A DNA stretch of 64,000 nucleotides from an uncultured Acidimicrobiaceae bacterium (GCA_963809715.1 CAWEKO010000002.1:189665-253664), one strand, 5' to 3'. Positions 10,062-19,884 are shown, counted from the stretch's first letter. Translations and numbers: made by a program. Notes: generated from the letters alone by a model not told the origin.

Positions 10062-11552
10062 TCAGTCGGAATTCTCCCGCAAGGCGGCCAACAGCTTGAC
10101 CAGAGGCACGCTGGCCACTCCGATTGCGGAGTCGCCAATTCCGTAGGGGAGGATCAGCGTGTCCGCATGGATGAGAGCGCCGCAGGAGTAGAGGACATTG
10201 GGCACGTACCCGTTCTGCTCATCACGGGTCGGGCTGAGGAGTGGCTCGCGGAGCCGACCGATCACCCGAGTAGGATCTTCGAGGTCGAGCAGTATGGCCC
10301 CGATCTTGTAGGTCCGCATCGGACCAACGCCGTGAGTGAGGACCAGCCATCCGACCTCAGTTTCGATTGGCGATCCACAGTTGCCGAGCTGAACGACCTC
10401 CCAGGAATGCAGGGGTGTCTGGCACGCCAAGCCCCGTTCCCAGAGATGTGGGTTGCTTGAGTAGGTGATGGTGTTTGATTCCCGATCAGATCGAGACAAC
10501 GCCGCGAACCGCCCTCTGACTCGACGAGGGAAGAGTGCCAGACCCTTGTTGGCCGCCGCCGCGCCGGCCATCGGCCTGGAGGTGAAGTGCACGAAATCCT
10601 TTGTTTCGAGAAGTTGTTGGCCGATGTCCGTGCCGTTGAAAGCCGTGTAGGAGGCGTAATAGGTCACACTGCAATCCTCGTCGCAGAATCGCACGAAGCG
10701 GGCGTCCTCCACGCCCTTGACTTCGGCGCTCATGGCCGGCAGGAGTACCCGTTCACTCAGTGGCGTATCGGACTCGAAGGTAACGCCGTAGCTCCGTTCG
10801 GCGATTCTCCGGATCTGGCCGATCGTTCTCCGAGCCTGCTTCCGGGTGGCCACGTGTTTCTCGAGCCGGTTCAGCTGCACCTCCAACCCGGCGAGGGTGA
10901 ACTGTGGCCCGAGGCGACCGAGCACGTAGTCGACGTCATCCACGCTCGCCCGGAGTCGACGCAGCTCCGCTTTGAATGCTTCGGCCTCGAGGGTCGCCTC
11001 CTCTCGCTGTCCCGTAATGGCAAAGGTCGGCGGTGCGTCAAATTCGACGTCGGCTGACGAGGCCACAATTCCAGTCCGAAAGCCAATCGAAGAGGTGTGG
11101 CCCTCACCGACTGCACGGACACTCATCACGAAGCGGACGTCGCCGGCTTTGACCCCGGCCTGGTCGGGATGAATGACCATGCTCGGATTGCACAGAGCAG
11201 CACCCTCAATGGCGTACTCACTCGTAAAGGTGGCGCCGAGGAGGAGACGGCGGGTCGGAGACAGCTGGCGTTCCGGATTGAGACGATCCGAGAGCTCGTC
11301 GGCGTGCTGAAGGAACGTGTTGGTCAATCCATGATGTCGAGTGCTGAAGCGATCCAAAAGATCATCGAGAGCAACTTGGACTTCTTGGTCCGACAACTCC
11401 AGCACGCGTTGTAAGACGGGATTCGATCGGGATTCCTGCTGATCGAATCCCTCGTGACCTGGGACGAAAAGACGGGTGACCACACGCGACGCATCGGCCG
11501 AAATGCGGATGGGATGGCGACGAAGGAGTGTCGACTCACGGAGGAGGGTCAT
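10062..11552 (-). CDS. glycoside hydrolase family 130-like protein (glycoside phosphorylase/glycosidase fold) with about 250-aa N-terminal extension
   Basis: C-terminal half has GVEDARFVRF, NKGLALFPRRVRGRF, VPNVLYSCGAL and LPYGIGDSAIGVA, which match the GH130 beta-propeller pattern. No signal peptide. Confidence 0.78.
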   Translation of the reverse strand: MTLLRESTLLRRHPIRISADASRVVTRLFVPGHEGFDQQESRSNPVLQRVLELSDQEVQVALDDLLDRFSTRHHGLTNTFLQHADELSDRLNPERQLSPTRRLLLGATFTSEYAIEGAALCNPSMVIHPDQAGVKAGDVRFVMSVRAVGEGHTSSIGFRTGIVASSADVEFDAPPTFAITGQREEATLEAEAFKAELRRLRASVDDVDYVLGRLGPQFTLAGLEVQLNRLEKHVATRKQARRTIGQIRRIAERSYGVTFESDTPLSERVLLPAMSAEVKGVEDARFVRFCDEDCSVTYYASYTAFNGTDIGQQLLETKDFVHFTSRPMAGAAAANKGLALFPRRVRGRFAALSRSDRESNTITYSSNPHLWERGLACQTPLHSWEVVQLGNCGSPIETEVGWLVLTHGVGPMRTYKIGAILLDLEDPTRVIGRLREPLLSPTRDEQNGYVPNVLYSCGALIHADTLILPYGIGDSAIGVASVPLVKLLAALRENSD

Positions 11553-12574
11553 TGGAGGACGCCGCTAAGACGCCGGGCGTGCTGCATGGTCGAGAGGAAA
11601 GCGAGCGTCGACTCGGTTCCCTGGTTGAGATTGGCGCCTGATCTCTGCAGGCCGTCAAAGCCTCCACCGGTCTCTGGGTCCCACATGACGACTTCGCCGT
11701 CATTGTCACCGAGGAACCAATTCGTCGCAGACGTGATGCCGTCGGCCCACAGAGGGTTGCCGTCAATGTCGAGGGCGCGGGCACACGCATCGGCCAGCGC
11801 CGCGATCTCGATCGGTTGCTGGTCGAATCCCGGGGCTCGGTCCTCGGGAGCCGCTCCCCCCACGGGAGTGACGGAGAGATGCCCATGTTGGGTCTCATGA
11901 CTAAGCAGCCACTCCAAGAGATCCAACCCGCGCTGCACGAGTGCGGGACGATCGAGAGCCGATCCGGCCGCAATCACCGCTTCGGGGAGAGTGGCGTTCG
12001 CGTAGGTGAGGCGCGGTTCGGGCCAGGGCCACCCCGCGTGAGTGTTGGGCCTGGCCATTGCGTCAGCGGCGTCCGACAAGAGGCTGCGGGCAGACACATG
12101 GTCGGGGTCAACCTTGAGGAGCTCGGCGGCGCCGAGCGTGGCAAAAGCGATGGACCTGGGCCAGCGTGAGCGCTGGCGCATCGCTCGTTCGATCGCCCGC
12201 AGTGCCAAGCCACGTATCTGGTGATCGTCGCTGCGGGATGCTGCCGTGCCCAACCCCCAGATGGCCCTTCCCCAGCAATCGTCGAGTGTTGGGACGTCCT
12301 CCCACACGCCACTCCGGTTCATCCGGTTTCGGCATCGGCCAACCGAATCCAGCGCACTGTGAACGAACCTCACACTCAGCGCGGCAAGGTGATTGGCCTC
12401 GGGATTGCCCTGTTCACGAGACGCCACCACGAGCACACGCGCCATGTCGTCGCTGCAGTAGCCGTGTTCGGGCCTGGGCGCGCTGAAGAGTGCGTGTTCG
12501 AAGACGCCGTGCTCATCGGCCATGGACACGAGGTGTCCGAAATTCGACCCGGAACCCTCCAGGGGCGAGTTCAC
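11549..12574 (-). CDS. conserved hypothetical protein, glycan-operon member
   Basis: Coding-like frame. GTG 12574 overlaps the upstream stop (GTGA), and its own stop overlaps the downstream ATG (ATGA 11549-11552). No family recognised. Confidence 0.6.
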   Translation of the reverse strand: MNSPLEGSGSNFGHLVSMADEHGVFEHALFSAPRPEHGYCSDDMARVLVVASREQGNPEANHLAALSVRFVHSALDSVGRCRNRMNRSGVWEDVPTLDDCWGRAIWGLGTAASRSDDHQIRGLALRAIERAMRQRSRWPRSIAFATLGAAELLKVDPDHVSARSLLSDAADAMARPNTHAGWPWPEPRLTYANATLPEAVIAAGSALDRPALVQRGLDLLEWLLSHETQHGHLSVTPVGGAAPEDRAPGFDQQPIEIAALADACARALDIDGNPLWADGITSATNWFLGDNDGEVVMWDPETGGGFDGLQRSGANLNQGTESTLAFLSTMQHARRLSGVLQ

Positions 12575-13737
12575 ACGAGTGACAATCGATCCGAAAGGAG
12601 GTGATCGGCCAAGCGGACGTACTGGCCCGCCACCACCGACCATCCGAGGCTCGGAGCCAAACGGGCTGCCTCTGCTGCCATGCTGGCCGCCAGATCGGGG
12701 GTCGTGAGGATGCTTCGCAGAGCTCGGGCCATCGCATCGGGGTCATCGTGGTCGACGACGATCCCGGCGCCACTCGAGAGAAACTCGACGGCGTGAGGAA
12801 ATGCGGTCGCCACCACGGGCCGTCCGGCCGCGACGGCGTCGACGAGGACACCGGACGTCACCTGGTCCTTGGAGTCATAGGGAAGGGCGACGACGGTACT
12901 CTTTTGAATCAAAGCAGTAAGAGCTTCCACATCGCGATACGTCGCGTCAAAAACGACGGACGAAGAGAGCCCGTAGCGCTCCGCTTGCTCCATGCGTTCC
13001 CGACGGTACGACTCCCCGTGCGCGGCGAGGACCTTGGGGTGCGTCTGGCCGGCTACGAGATAGCGTGGTTGGGTCGGGAGATCGTGCAGCGTGTGCATAG
13101 CGTCAATGACGCGCTCGATCCCTTTTCCCGGCCCGATCAGACCCCACGTCAATATCACAGGTCGGGCTGCCGGATCGGGTACCACCGGGGCCCGGGGAAG
13201 TGCGGCCCCGTGCGCGACGGTGGCTACCTTGGAGGGGTCGACATCGAAGCCTTCGCGCAACCGAGTGTGGGCCGCGGCGGTCATGACCACGACCTGGTCA
13301 GCCAGAGCCACCACTTCGTTGAGCACAGACCGCTGGTGCGGAGTCGGGTCGGCCAGGATTGTGTGGGCGATGACAATGGACGGAACGCGCAGACCGGCCA
13401 GGATCTCGAGGAGCTCGTCTCCGTCGACTCCTCCGTAGAGGCCGTACTCGTGTTGGATCAGGGCAACGTCGTGTTGGTTCAACGCCTCCGAGCTCGCCAG
13501 CACAGAACTGCGTGATCCGTTGTTCAAGTGGCCGACGACGGGATGGCGTTGCGACTTCTGTGTTCCGTCGTCGAGGACTTGCACCACACCGATCTCGCTG
13601 TCGTGCTTCGACAAGCCGGACGCCAGTGCGGCGCTAAACGTGGCGAGGCCACACGGCGTTGGAGGATAGGAGCTGAGGATCCCGAAAGAGCGAGCGCGAC
13701 GCTCAGGGCGTTCGATGGGCAAAGTCGTGACGCGCAC
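12571..13737 (-). CDS. glycosyltransferase family 4
   Basis: FGILSSYPPTPCGLATFS N-terminus typical of a GT4 subgroup; C-terminal VATAFPHAVEFLSSGAGIVV E-x7-E region. GAGGAG RBS before GTG 13737. Confidence 0.85.
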   Translation of the reverse strand: MRVTTLPIERPERRARSFGILSSYPPTPCGLATFSAALASGLSKHDSEIGVVQVLDDGTQKSQRHPVVGHLNNGSRSSVLASSEALNQHDVALIQHEYGLYGGVDGDELLEILAGLRVPSIVIAHTILADPTPHQRSVLNEVVALADQVVVMTAAAHTRLREGFDVDPSKVATVAHGAALPRAPVVPDPAARPVILTWGLIGPGKGIERVIDAMHTLHDLPTQPRYLVAGQTHPKVLAAHGESYRRERMEQAERYGLSSSVVFDATYRDVEALTALIQKSTVVALPYDSKDQVTSGVLVDAVAAGRPVVATAFPHAVEFLSSGAGIVVDHDDPDAMARALRSILTTPDLAASMAAEAARLAPSLGWSVVAGQYVRLADHLLSDRLSLV

Positions 13738-14501
13738 GGAAGCTCCTCAGAGAGGCTCGGTCGAGGCGTCGAACCTGTTCGAGGCGACGTCGGCCGATCG
13801 GCCGTCCTGCCCAAGCAAAGCGACTCTCCCAAGGGATGAGGACCCCATCATACCGCGGGACTTGATCAACGGTTCCACCAGAGCGTCCCGCAATACTGTC
13901 GCCGCGCCAACAGATCATCGCTTCTGTGACTGCGAGCCATACGGTGAATCAGAGAGCCCTTCCACCGACTGCGCGGGTTGACGACTCGTGTGACGTCGAA
14001 GACAGACCCGCTGCGTCGCTGCTCCAATTGCGAGTGGCCTTCAAGAGTGCGCGTTGCGTCGCTGCAGGTGTCACCGAGTTCGGTCACGACGTCGCTCGCG
14101 ACAGATACTCGAGGCGCGTGACCCGCCAGGGGACCTCCGAAGGTGCTACGGTCTAGGCAGTTCAACTCGAACGAACGCGCCCCTGCTCGACGGGGGAGGA
14201 TTGGGGGGTTCCGTGGAACCCCGGCTTGCAAGTGCGGACGGTGTTCCGCAGGAAGCAGACACCCGCCGAAGCGCCAGATCCGTCGGATCGACAGGTGCCG
14301 GCACCGGAGCGAACTTCCAACCCTGACCGGATCCTCGAGCGATCACTCGCTCGGGAACGCTGCGACACGACCCTTCGGAGCGATCGAGTCACAGCCACCA
14401 CGTTGCATTGCGCGCCATCCCGAGGCGATCGAGAGTGCACAGACGTCACCCACTATCGAGTGCGCACACCTACGTTGCTCAACACGAACTGAGGAGAACA
14501 C

Positions 14502-15221
14502 ATGGAAACGCCAAAGCCCAACATCGTCCTTGTCCACGGAGCATGGGCCGATGGATCGTGTTGGAGTGCGGTCATCGAGGGACTCCAGGCCAAAGGCTAT
14601 AACGTCACTGCGCCGCAGTTTCCGGAGAGCTCGTTGGCCGATGACGTGGCCCGGCTCCGCCAGGTGCTCAATCGCCAGGGCGGTCCGACTGTCGTTGTGG
14701 GCCACTCCTACGGTGGGCAGATCATGACCTCGCTCAGCACTGACGCACCCAATGTCGTGGGACTGGTGTACATCGCAGCCTTCGGCCTCGACGAGGGTGA
14801 GACGATCGGGGGACTCCTGGCGGAAGGGCCTCCGACCCCCGCCCTGGCCCATCTCGACATTGACGAACAGGGCTTCGCCTGGTTGCCCGAGAACGACTAC
14901 GTGGAGTACTTCGCCGCAGATGTCGCTCCGGCCAAGGCGAAGGTCATGTTCGCCGTCCAACAGGCCTTGTCGGCGTCGACGCTCGGAGACGTCATGGGTG
15001 TCCCGGCCTGGAAGTCGCTGCCGTCGTGGTACATGGTCGCAGTCAACGATCAGGCCATCCCGCCCGAGGCGGAGCGGCTTTTCGCCAAGCGGATGGGGGC
15101 GACGACCGTCGAAGTCCCGAGCAGTCACGTGGCGATGGTCTCGCACCCAGAAGACGTGATCTGGCTGACCGAGACGGCCGTCGAGGCCTGTGCCGCCAGC
15201 GCAGGGCTGGCCAAGGTCTAG
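14502..15221 (+). CDS. alpha/beta hydrolase (esterase-like)
   Basis: NIVLVHGAWADGSCW and nucleophile elbow GHSYGG. GAGGAG RBS. Confidence 0.85.
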   Translation: METPKPNIVLVHGAWADGSCWSAVIEGLQAKGYNVTAPQFPESSLADDVARLRQVLNRQGGPTVVVGHSYGGQIMTSLSTDAPNVVGLVYIAAFGLDEGETIGGLLAEGPPTPALAHLDIDEQGFAWLPENDYVEYFAADVAPAKAKVMFAVQQALSASTLGDVMGVPAWKSLPSWYMVAVNDQAIPPEAERLFAKRMGATTVEVPSSHVAMVSHPEDVIWLTETAVEACAASAGLAKV

Positions 15222-15266
15222 AGATTCGCGCGGGAGCCACCGCCTCTGGCGGGTATATCGGTCGTT

Positions 15267-15295
15267 GCCCCCATCGGGCGGATCTCGATGGGGGC
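15267..15295 (+). terminator. strong GC hairpin downstream of the hydrolase gene
   Basis: Perfect 10-bp stem GCCCCCATCG / CGATGGGGGC with a 9-nt loop, 46 nt after the stop. Only a weak T tract follows. Confidence 0.45.
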
Positions 15296-15361
15296 AATTC
15301 GGCCTTTGGGCAGGTCCGGCCAGGACTGCTTCATCTGAATCCTGCGGGGTAGTCATAGAAC

Positions 15362-16873
15362 GTGGCATCTGGGCAATCGACCGAACTCGAGCGAGAACTC
15401 AAGTTCGAAGCCCCTCTCAATACGGCGTTGCCCGACCTCAGGGACCTCGTAGGGCGTACCGAGCGCCTCCCACAGCGCCTGTTTTCAACCGTCTATTTCG
15501 ACACCGAGGGAATGCGGTTGTGGAAGCGCGGCCTGACGCTTCGTCATCGAGTCGAGAGGGGAGAGGCGACGGGGAGTTGGACGCTGAAGCTCCCCTCGGA
15601 CAGCCGAGGGTCAGCTCTCGAGCGGACCGAGATGTCCTGGTCGGGCAGCCGCGACACCATTCCCAGCAGTGTCGTGGACATCGCCCGAGGCATCATCAGG
15701 CGTGAGGCTCTCCGCGAAATCGTTGCCCTCGAGACGGTCCGCCAGCGTCTGACGCTCCGCGATCACCGCGATCGAGCGCTGGGGGAGATCGACGACGATG
15801 TCGTGCGCATCCTCGACGGACCTCGACGGGGCGACCGATTTCGACAAGTCGAATTCGAACTGGCCGCCGATGAGGGCGACGTCGTGGACCAGGTCGTCGA
15901 TCGCTTTTCGGCGGCGCGCCTGTCTGTTGGGGCTGAGCCGAAGGTGGCCGTCTCTCTCGGCCTGAGCAGAGCGACACCAGGGGCTGGCGTCGAGCTCGGC
16001 CAGAGTTCAACACTCGAAGACGTCTTCAGGGTCGCCGTCTTCGATGGCCTCGAACAACTTCTCGATCACGACTGGCGGGTGCGCCGGGCCGCTCCTGACG
16101 TGACACCCGAGGATGTCCATAAGGCCAGGGTCGCCGCACGACGACTCCGCTCCAATCTGAGGACATTGGGGTCCGTGCTCGATCCTGTCTGGACCCGTCA
16201 CGTCCTGGACGACCTCAAATGGATCGGCTCCGCTCTGGGGGATATCCGCGATGCCGACGTGCTGACTGGCCTTTTGGCTACAGCTCCACAGGATCTCCAG
16301 GCACGCCTCTCTCGCGACAGGGCGGCAGCAGTCGAGCGGCTCATGCCGAAATTGATCAGTCAGCGCTATCTCAACCTGTTGGACCGGCTTCACGCTGCAA
16401 CAGGCAACCCGCCGCTCCTATCGGCCGGCGAGGGCGATGCAGCCAGCGGTGGTGGAGGCGAGCTGAGGGACCTGGTCGGCGCCGAATGGCGCGCGCTCGG
16501 TCGCCGGGTACGGAAATCAGGTTCGCAGCCCACGGATCGGCAATTGCACAGGATCCGTATCGGAGCGAAACGCCTGCGCTACGCCGCCGAGTTGGCGGAG
16601 CCGGTCATCGGTGAGTCTGGGCATCGAATTGCGAAAGCGGCGGAAGAGGTCCAGACCGTGCTTGGCCAGCATCACGATGCGGTGGCTGCCGAGGAGTGGC
16701 TTCGAGCCCAGGTCCTCAGTGGTTCGCAGGAATCGATCCGCGACGTCTCGCTCTCCTCGGCCTACGCCGCGGGGTTTCTCGCCGCCGGTGAGCAGCAGAC
16801 CCAGCGCAAGCTCCGCAAGAGCTGGTTGCGATCGTGGAAGGCGCTGCGCCGCCAAGCCAAGACGGTTCGTTGA
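15362..16873 (+). CDS. CYTH (triphosphate tunnel) plus CHAD domain protein
   Basis: ELERELKFE CYTH start motif. The helical C-terminal half has repeated RVAARRLR / RIGAKRLRY CHAD-type basic motifs. Confidence 0.85.
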   Translation: MASGQSTELERELKFEAPLNTALPDLRDLVGRTERLPQRLFSTVYFDTEGMRLWKRGLTLRHRVERGEATGSWTLKLPSDSRGSALERTEMSWSGSRDTIPSSVVDIARGIIRREALREIVALETVRQRLTLRDHRDRALGEIDDDVVRILDGPRRGDRFRQVEFELAADEGDVVDQVVDRFSAARLSVGAEPKVAVSLGLSRATPGAGVELGQSSTLEDVFRVAVFDGLEQLLDHDWRVRRAAPDVTPEDVHKARVAARRLRSNLRTLGSVLDPVWTRHVLDDLKWIGSALGDIRDADVLTGLLATAPQDLQARLSRDRAAAVERLMPKLISQRYLNLLDRLHAATGNPPLLSAGEGDAASGGGGELRDLVGAEWRALGRRVRKSGSQPTDRQLHRIRIGAKRLRYAAELAEPVIGESGHRIAKAAEEVQTVLGQHHDAVAAEEWLRAQVLSGSQESIRDVSLSSAYAAGFLAAGEQQTQRKLRKSWLRSWKALRRQAKTVR

Positions 16874-16967
16874 CCGAATTTTCGACGACACGGGCCGAAG
16901 GGGCCGGGGGCCCCTGAGCCACCGGATGCCTGGCGAATAGGCGATGCGACAACCCCGGCGGCCCGCG

Positions 16968-17645
16968 TTACTTCAGAATGTTCACTGCTCGGGCAATGAC
17001 GAGTCCCAGGACCGCCAGACAGGCCGTGGCCTGTACGGCCATTGCCAGCTTGGCCCATCGGGCGAGCGGCATGACATCGGTAGGGCTGAAGGCAATGGCA
17101 TTGGTGAAGGCCAAGTACAGGTAGTCGAAGAATGCGGGTCGCCATCCCGGTTTGGCCACCTGGGGGTTGAGGTGTTCCGGAAATGCAAAATCCGGGAACT
17201 CGGGGTTCGCACGTGCCCGGGACTCCGGCCCTCCACCATCGAGTTCCCAGTAGAAGAACGCGAATGTGATGATGTTGTACAGCAACACCACAGAACCGAT
17301 CCGTAACAGCTGCCCCGGTGAGTTCGTCTCTGGTCCTCCCCGAATGAGATCGATGATCAATCTCGTGGTCACCGCCGTTGCTCCGAGAACCAGGATGCCG
17401 ACCACACCGAGCGAGAGGCCTCGTACGACTGCTGATCGTCGATCGATGAGCCCGGGGTCGGCCACGATGAGCGCGACCAGGAGCAGTGCCTCGACGACCG
17501 GGATGACCCAGCGCGGGGCCAGGCTGAACGAGTTGGGGAGCAGGAAGGGCAACACCATGGCGATGACCAAGGTCAGGGCCATCGGCCATCGCTTTTCCCC
17601 TGCAGGGGCAACCGGCTCGCCGTTCATGGGCTCACCGTAGGTCAC
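16968..17645 (-). CDS. DUF1345-like integral membrane protein
   Basis: Multiple TM helices; FFYWELDGGGP and LYLAFTNAIAFSPTDV motifs. GGAGG RBS before GTG 17645. Confidence 0.72.
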   Translation of the reverse strand: MTYGEPMNGEPVAPAGEKRWPMALTLVIAMVLPFLLPNSFSLAPRWVIPVVEALLLVALIVADPGLIDRRSAVVRGLSLGVVGILVLGATAVTTRLIIDLIRGGPETNSPGQLLRIGSVVLLYNIITFAFFYWELDGGGPESRARANPEFPDFAFPEHLNPQVAKPGWRPAFFDYLYLAFTNAIAFSPTDVMPLARWAKLAMAVQATACLAVLGLVIARAVNILK

Positions 17646-17773
17646 CGGGCCTCCGCCGCTCGGACCCGTTCTGATCGATCAGGCGGCCGACAACACAATC
17701 CACGCCCGTCGAAGGTCGGTGCACGTCGTCGGAAGCGTGGATGCTGCGAGAGTCGATGGTGTCGACGCTGCCA

Positions 17774-18427
17774 TCAGATGACGATCAGATAGATGCTCTT
17801 GCCGATCAGCCAGAATCCCAGCACCAATGAGACAATGATGATGACCTGGTCGGTATGCGTATCGATCCACGTCCGGATGTTGCCCAGAAACTCTTGGGCG
17901 CGCTCCGGCCGGAATCCGGCAAAGAGCTCCATCGCGATGTAGACGGCCGTGGCGACCAAACAGAACAGGAACAGAGCGATGTAGCTCTCCCACGAGGAGA
18001 GCTTCGCCCCGACGATCGTGGCGACTCCGGCCGCCACCAGACCCCAGGGTTGGGTGAGTGGAGCCAGACCGATGGCGTACCAGGGCGACATGTTGTCGAG
18101 GCCGGTTTGCCACTTCGGCTGCTTTTTCGGCGGCCTGGGCTTGCCCATGCGGCGCCGCTGTCGCACGGCGATCAGGACCAGCACGACACCGATGGCGATC
18201 TTGACGGCCAGGGCGGCCAGCGAGGGCGCCGTGTTTGGCTTCGGCGGCTTGTTGCCCGTGACCAATACGGTGACGGCGACCACGATGGCCAGCGAAAGGA
18301 GCCATCCGAAAATGAAGGCGGCACCTTTCCTGGTCCCGCCCTTCGCCAAAAGGATCAGGATGAACGCAGTGAGCGGAATGGGCTCGAGGGTGATCGCCAG
18401 TCCGATGATGATCAGATCGATGATCAT
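17774..18427 (-). CDS. GAP/Sap family membrane protein
   Basis: MIIDLIIIGLAITLEPIPLTAFILIL start and 6 TM pattern. The upstream part of the 262-aa ORF looks non-coding. Confidence 0.68.
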   Translation of the reverse strand: MIIDLIIIGLAITLEPIPLTAFILILLAKGGTRKGAAFIFGWLLSLAIVVAVTVLVTGNKPPKPNTAPSLAALAVKIAIGVVLVLIAVRQRRRMGKPRPPKKQPKWQTGLDNMSPWYAIGLAPLTQPWGLVAAGVATIVGAKLSSWESYIALFLFCLVATAVYIAMELFAGFRPERAQEFLGNIRTWIDTHTDQVIIIVSLVLGFWLIGKSIYLIVI

Positions 18428-18779
18428 GAGGGTCGGAAGTCTTTCATCTCGTCCGGATGAACGTGCGGGTGGGGACTGGGATGGGTGAACGGTAGGCACT
18501 TCCACCGGCCGGACGTGGCGGGCTTCTTTCGGCGACCGCGTCGCGAGGGTGTGCGTCTCCATGTACGGTGCCGCACGGAGGAAGGATCTCGCGTAGGCGA
18601 GAATCTTGGCCTTCTCGGTCTCGATTTCGGCATGAGGTGTCGGCGAGCATCGGGGATAAGCCTCCTGTAGGGTTTTTACGCGTGTCGACCACGTGATGGA
18701 ACCAAAGTGGGGCCTTGGCGGGCATCACCCCACTCCGGGTGACCTGACGTCCGGGAAGTGTCGATCAGAGCAGCCCGAT

Positions 18780-19063
18780 CTCTTCGGCCCGCTCGGCCAC
18801 GACGCCGCCCTGGCCATGGGCTCCACCGTTGCGCTCCTCGGTCTCTTCGCCAGTCCGATCAGTGGTGGTGCCTCCATGGCTCCGGGGCCCGGTCCCTGGG
18901 CCCGGACATCGTGAGCCTCAACTTCACGGGATGGTGCGTCTACGTCATCGGACCGGTCGTCGGAGCTTCGATCGCAGTGCTTATCATTGGACTGGTGCGA
19001 GGCCTGCCGGACAAGGAGGAGCGAAGGGCGGCCGAGGGCGATGCCCTGCCGCTCGCGCGATGA
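18780..19063 (+). pseudogene. aquaporin/MIP channel remnant (C-terminal third only, frameshifted)
   Basis: One frame reads AALAMGSTVALLGLFASPISGGASM. The next frame reads ARSLGPDIVSLNFTGWCVYVIGPVVGASIAVLIIGL. Together these match the second NPA half-helix region, but NPA itself reads APG across a frameshift near 18885, and the N-terminal two thirds are absent. Confidence 0.6.
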
Positions 19064-19160
19064 TGACGGAGCGAGGCACCCGTCGATCTCGTGAATTCTG
19101 TCAAGCAACCAACTCAGTGCACGTGACCGTGTCGCAAACCATCGAAATGAGGAGAGGAAT

Positions 19161-19583
19161 ATGACCGTTGGGCCAGTTGAATACATCGTGGTGGGGTTCC
19201 CCGGGAACAAGTTCACCGGTGAGATCGCCCCGGAGCTGATTGCGCTCGTCGAGTCTGGGACGGTGCGGGTACTCGACCTCATCTTCATCGGCAAGGACGA
19301 CGACGGAGATGTGCTCGCCTTCGAGATCGACGAGCTGGATGGAAGCGAAGCTTTCGACAACCTCGCCGGTGAGTTCGGCGGCCTCATCAGTCCGGAGGAC
19401 ATCGAATTCGTCGCCTCGAAACTCGAGCCCGGGAACTCGGCCGCGCTGCTGCTGTGGGAGGACCTCTGGGCGGCTCCCTTCGCCCAGGCAGTGAGGAATT
19501 CAGGTGGCGTGCTCCTCGAGGGTGCCCGCATCCCCCACGAACTGATCGAACCCGCAATCACCGCGCTGCCACAGGCAGTCTGA
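19161..19583 (+). CDS. DUF6325-like small soluble protein
   Basis: MTVGPVEYIVVGFPGNKFTGEIAPEL...VRVLDLIFIGKDDDGDV pattern. AGGAGAGGA RBS. Confidence 0.7.
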   Translation: MTVGPVEYIVVGFPGNKFTGEIAPELIALVESGTVRVLDLIFIGKDDDGDVLAFEIDELDGSEAFDNLAGEFGGLISPEDIEFVASKLEPGNSAALLLWEDLWAAPFAQAVRNSGGVLLEGARIPHELIEPAITALPQAV

Positions 19584-19607
19584 GCCAGAGACAGAGGAGT
19601 CCACAAC

Positions 19608-19883
19608 ATGATGATGAGACGACGACCGATTGCCAGAGCGGCCGTACGCACCACGGCCGTGGTCGGTACCGCCGCCGTGGTCGGGGGCCACATGGCCAAC
19701 AAGCAGGCCCAAGCCCAGGCCGCCCAGGACCCTGGTCCCGCACCAGCGCCGGCACCGGCGCCCGCGCCCGCGGCAGCCGCCCCCGACCCCGTCGCGCAGC
19801 TGACCCAGCTCGCGGCCCTGAAGGATTCGGGAGCCCTCACCGAAGCTGAGTTCGAGGCGGAGAAGGCGAAGCTCCTCGCGTAG
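19608..19883 (+). CDS. SHOCT domain protein with N-terminal TM segment and Pro/Ala linker
   Basis: C-terminal LAALKDSGALTEAEFEAEKAKLL SHOCT motif. AGAGGAG RBS. Confidence 0.75.
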   Translation: MMMRRRPIARAAVRTTAVVGTAAVVGGHMANKQAQAQAAQDPGPAPAPAPAPAPAAAAPDPVAQLTQLAALKDSGALTEAEFEAEKAKLLA

Positions 19884-19884
19884 G

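Noticed and set aside
9893-10138. Long form of the distal GT4 (443 aa)
   Set aside because: The extra 81 residues are low-complexity and charged, and they overlap the GH130 gene end. GT4 homologs begin at the RIAVLAP strand. I kept it as an open question in the findings.
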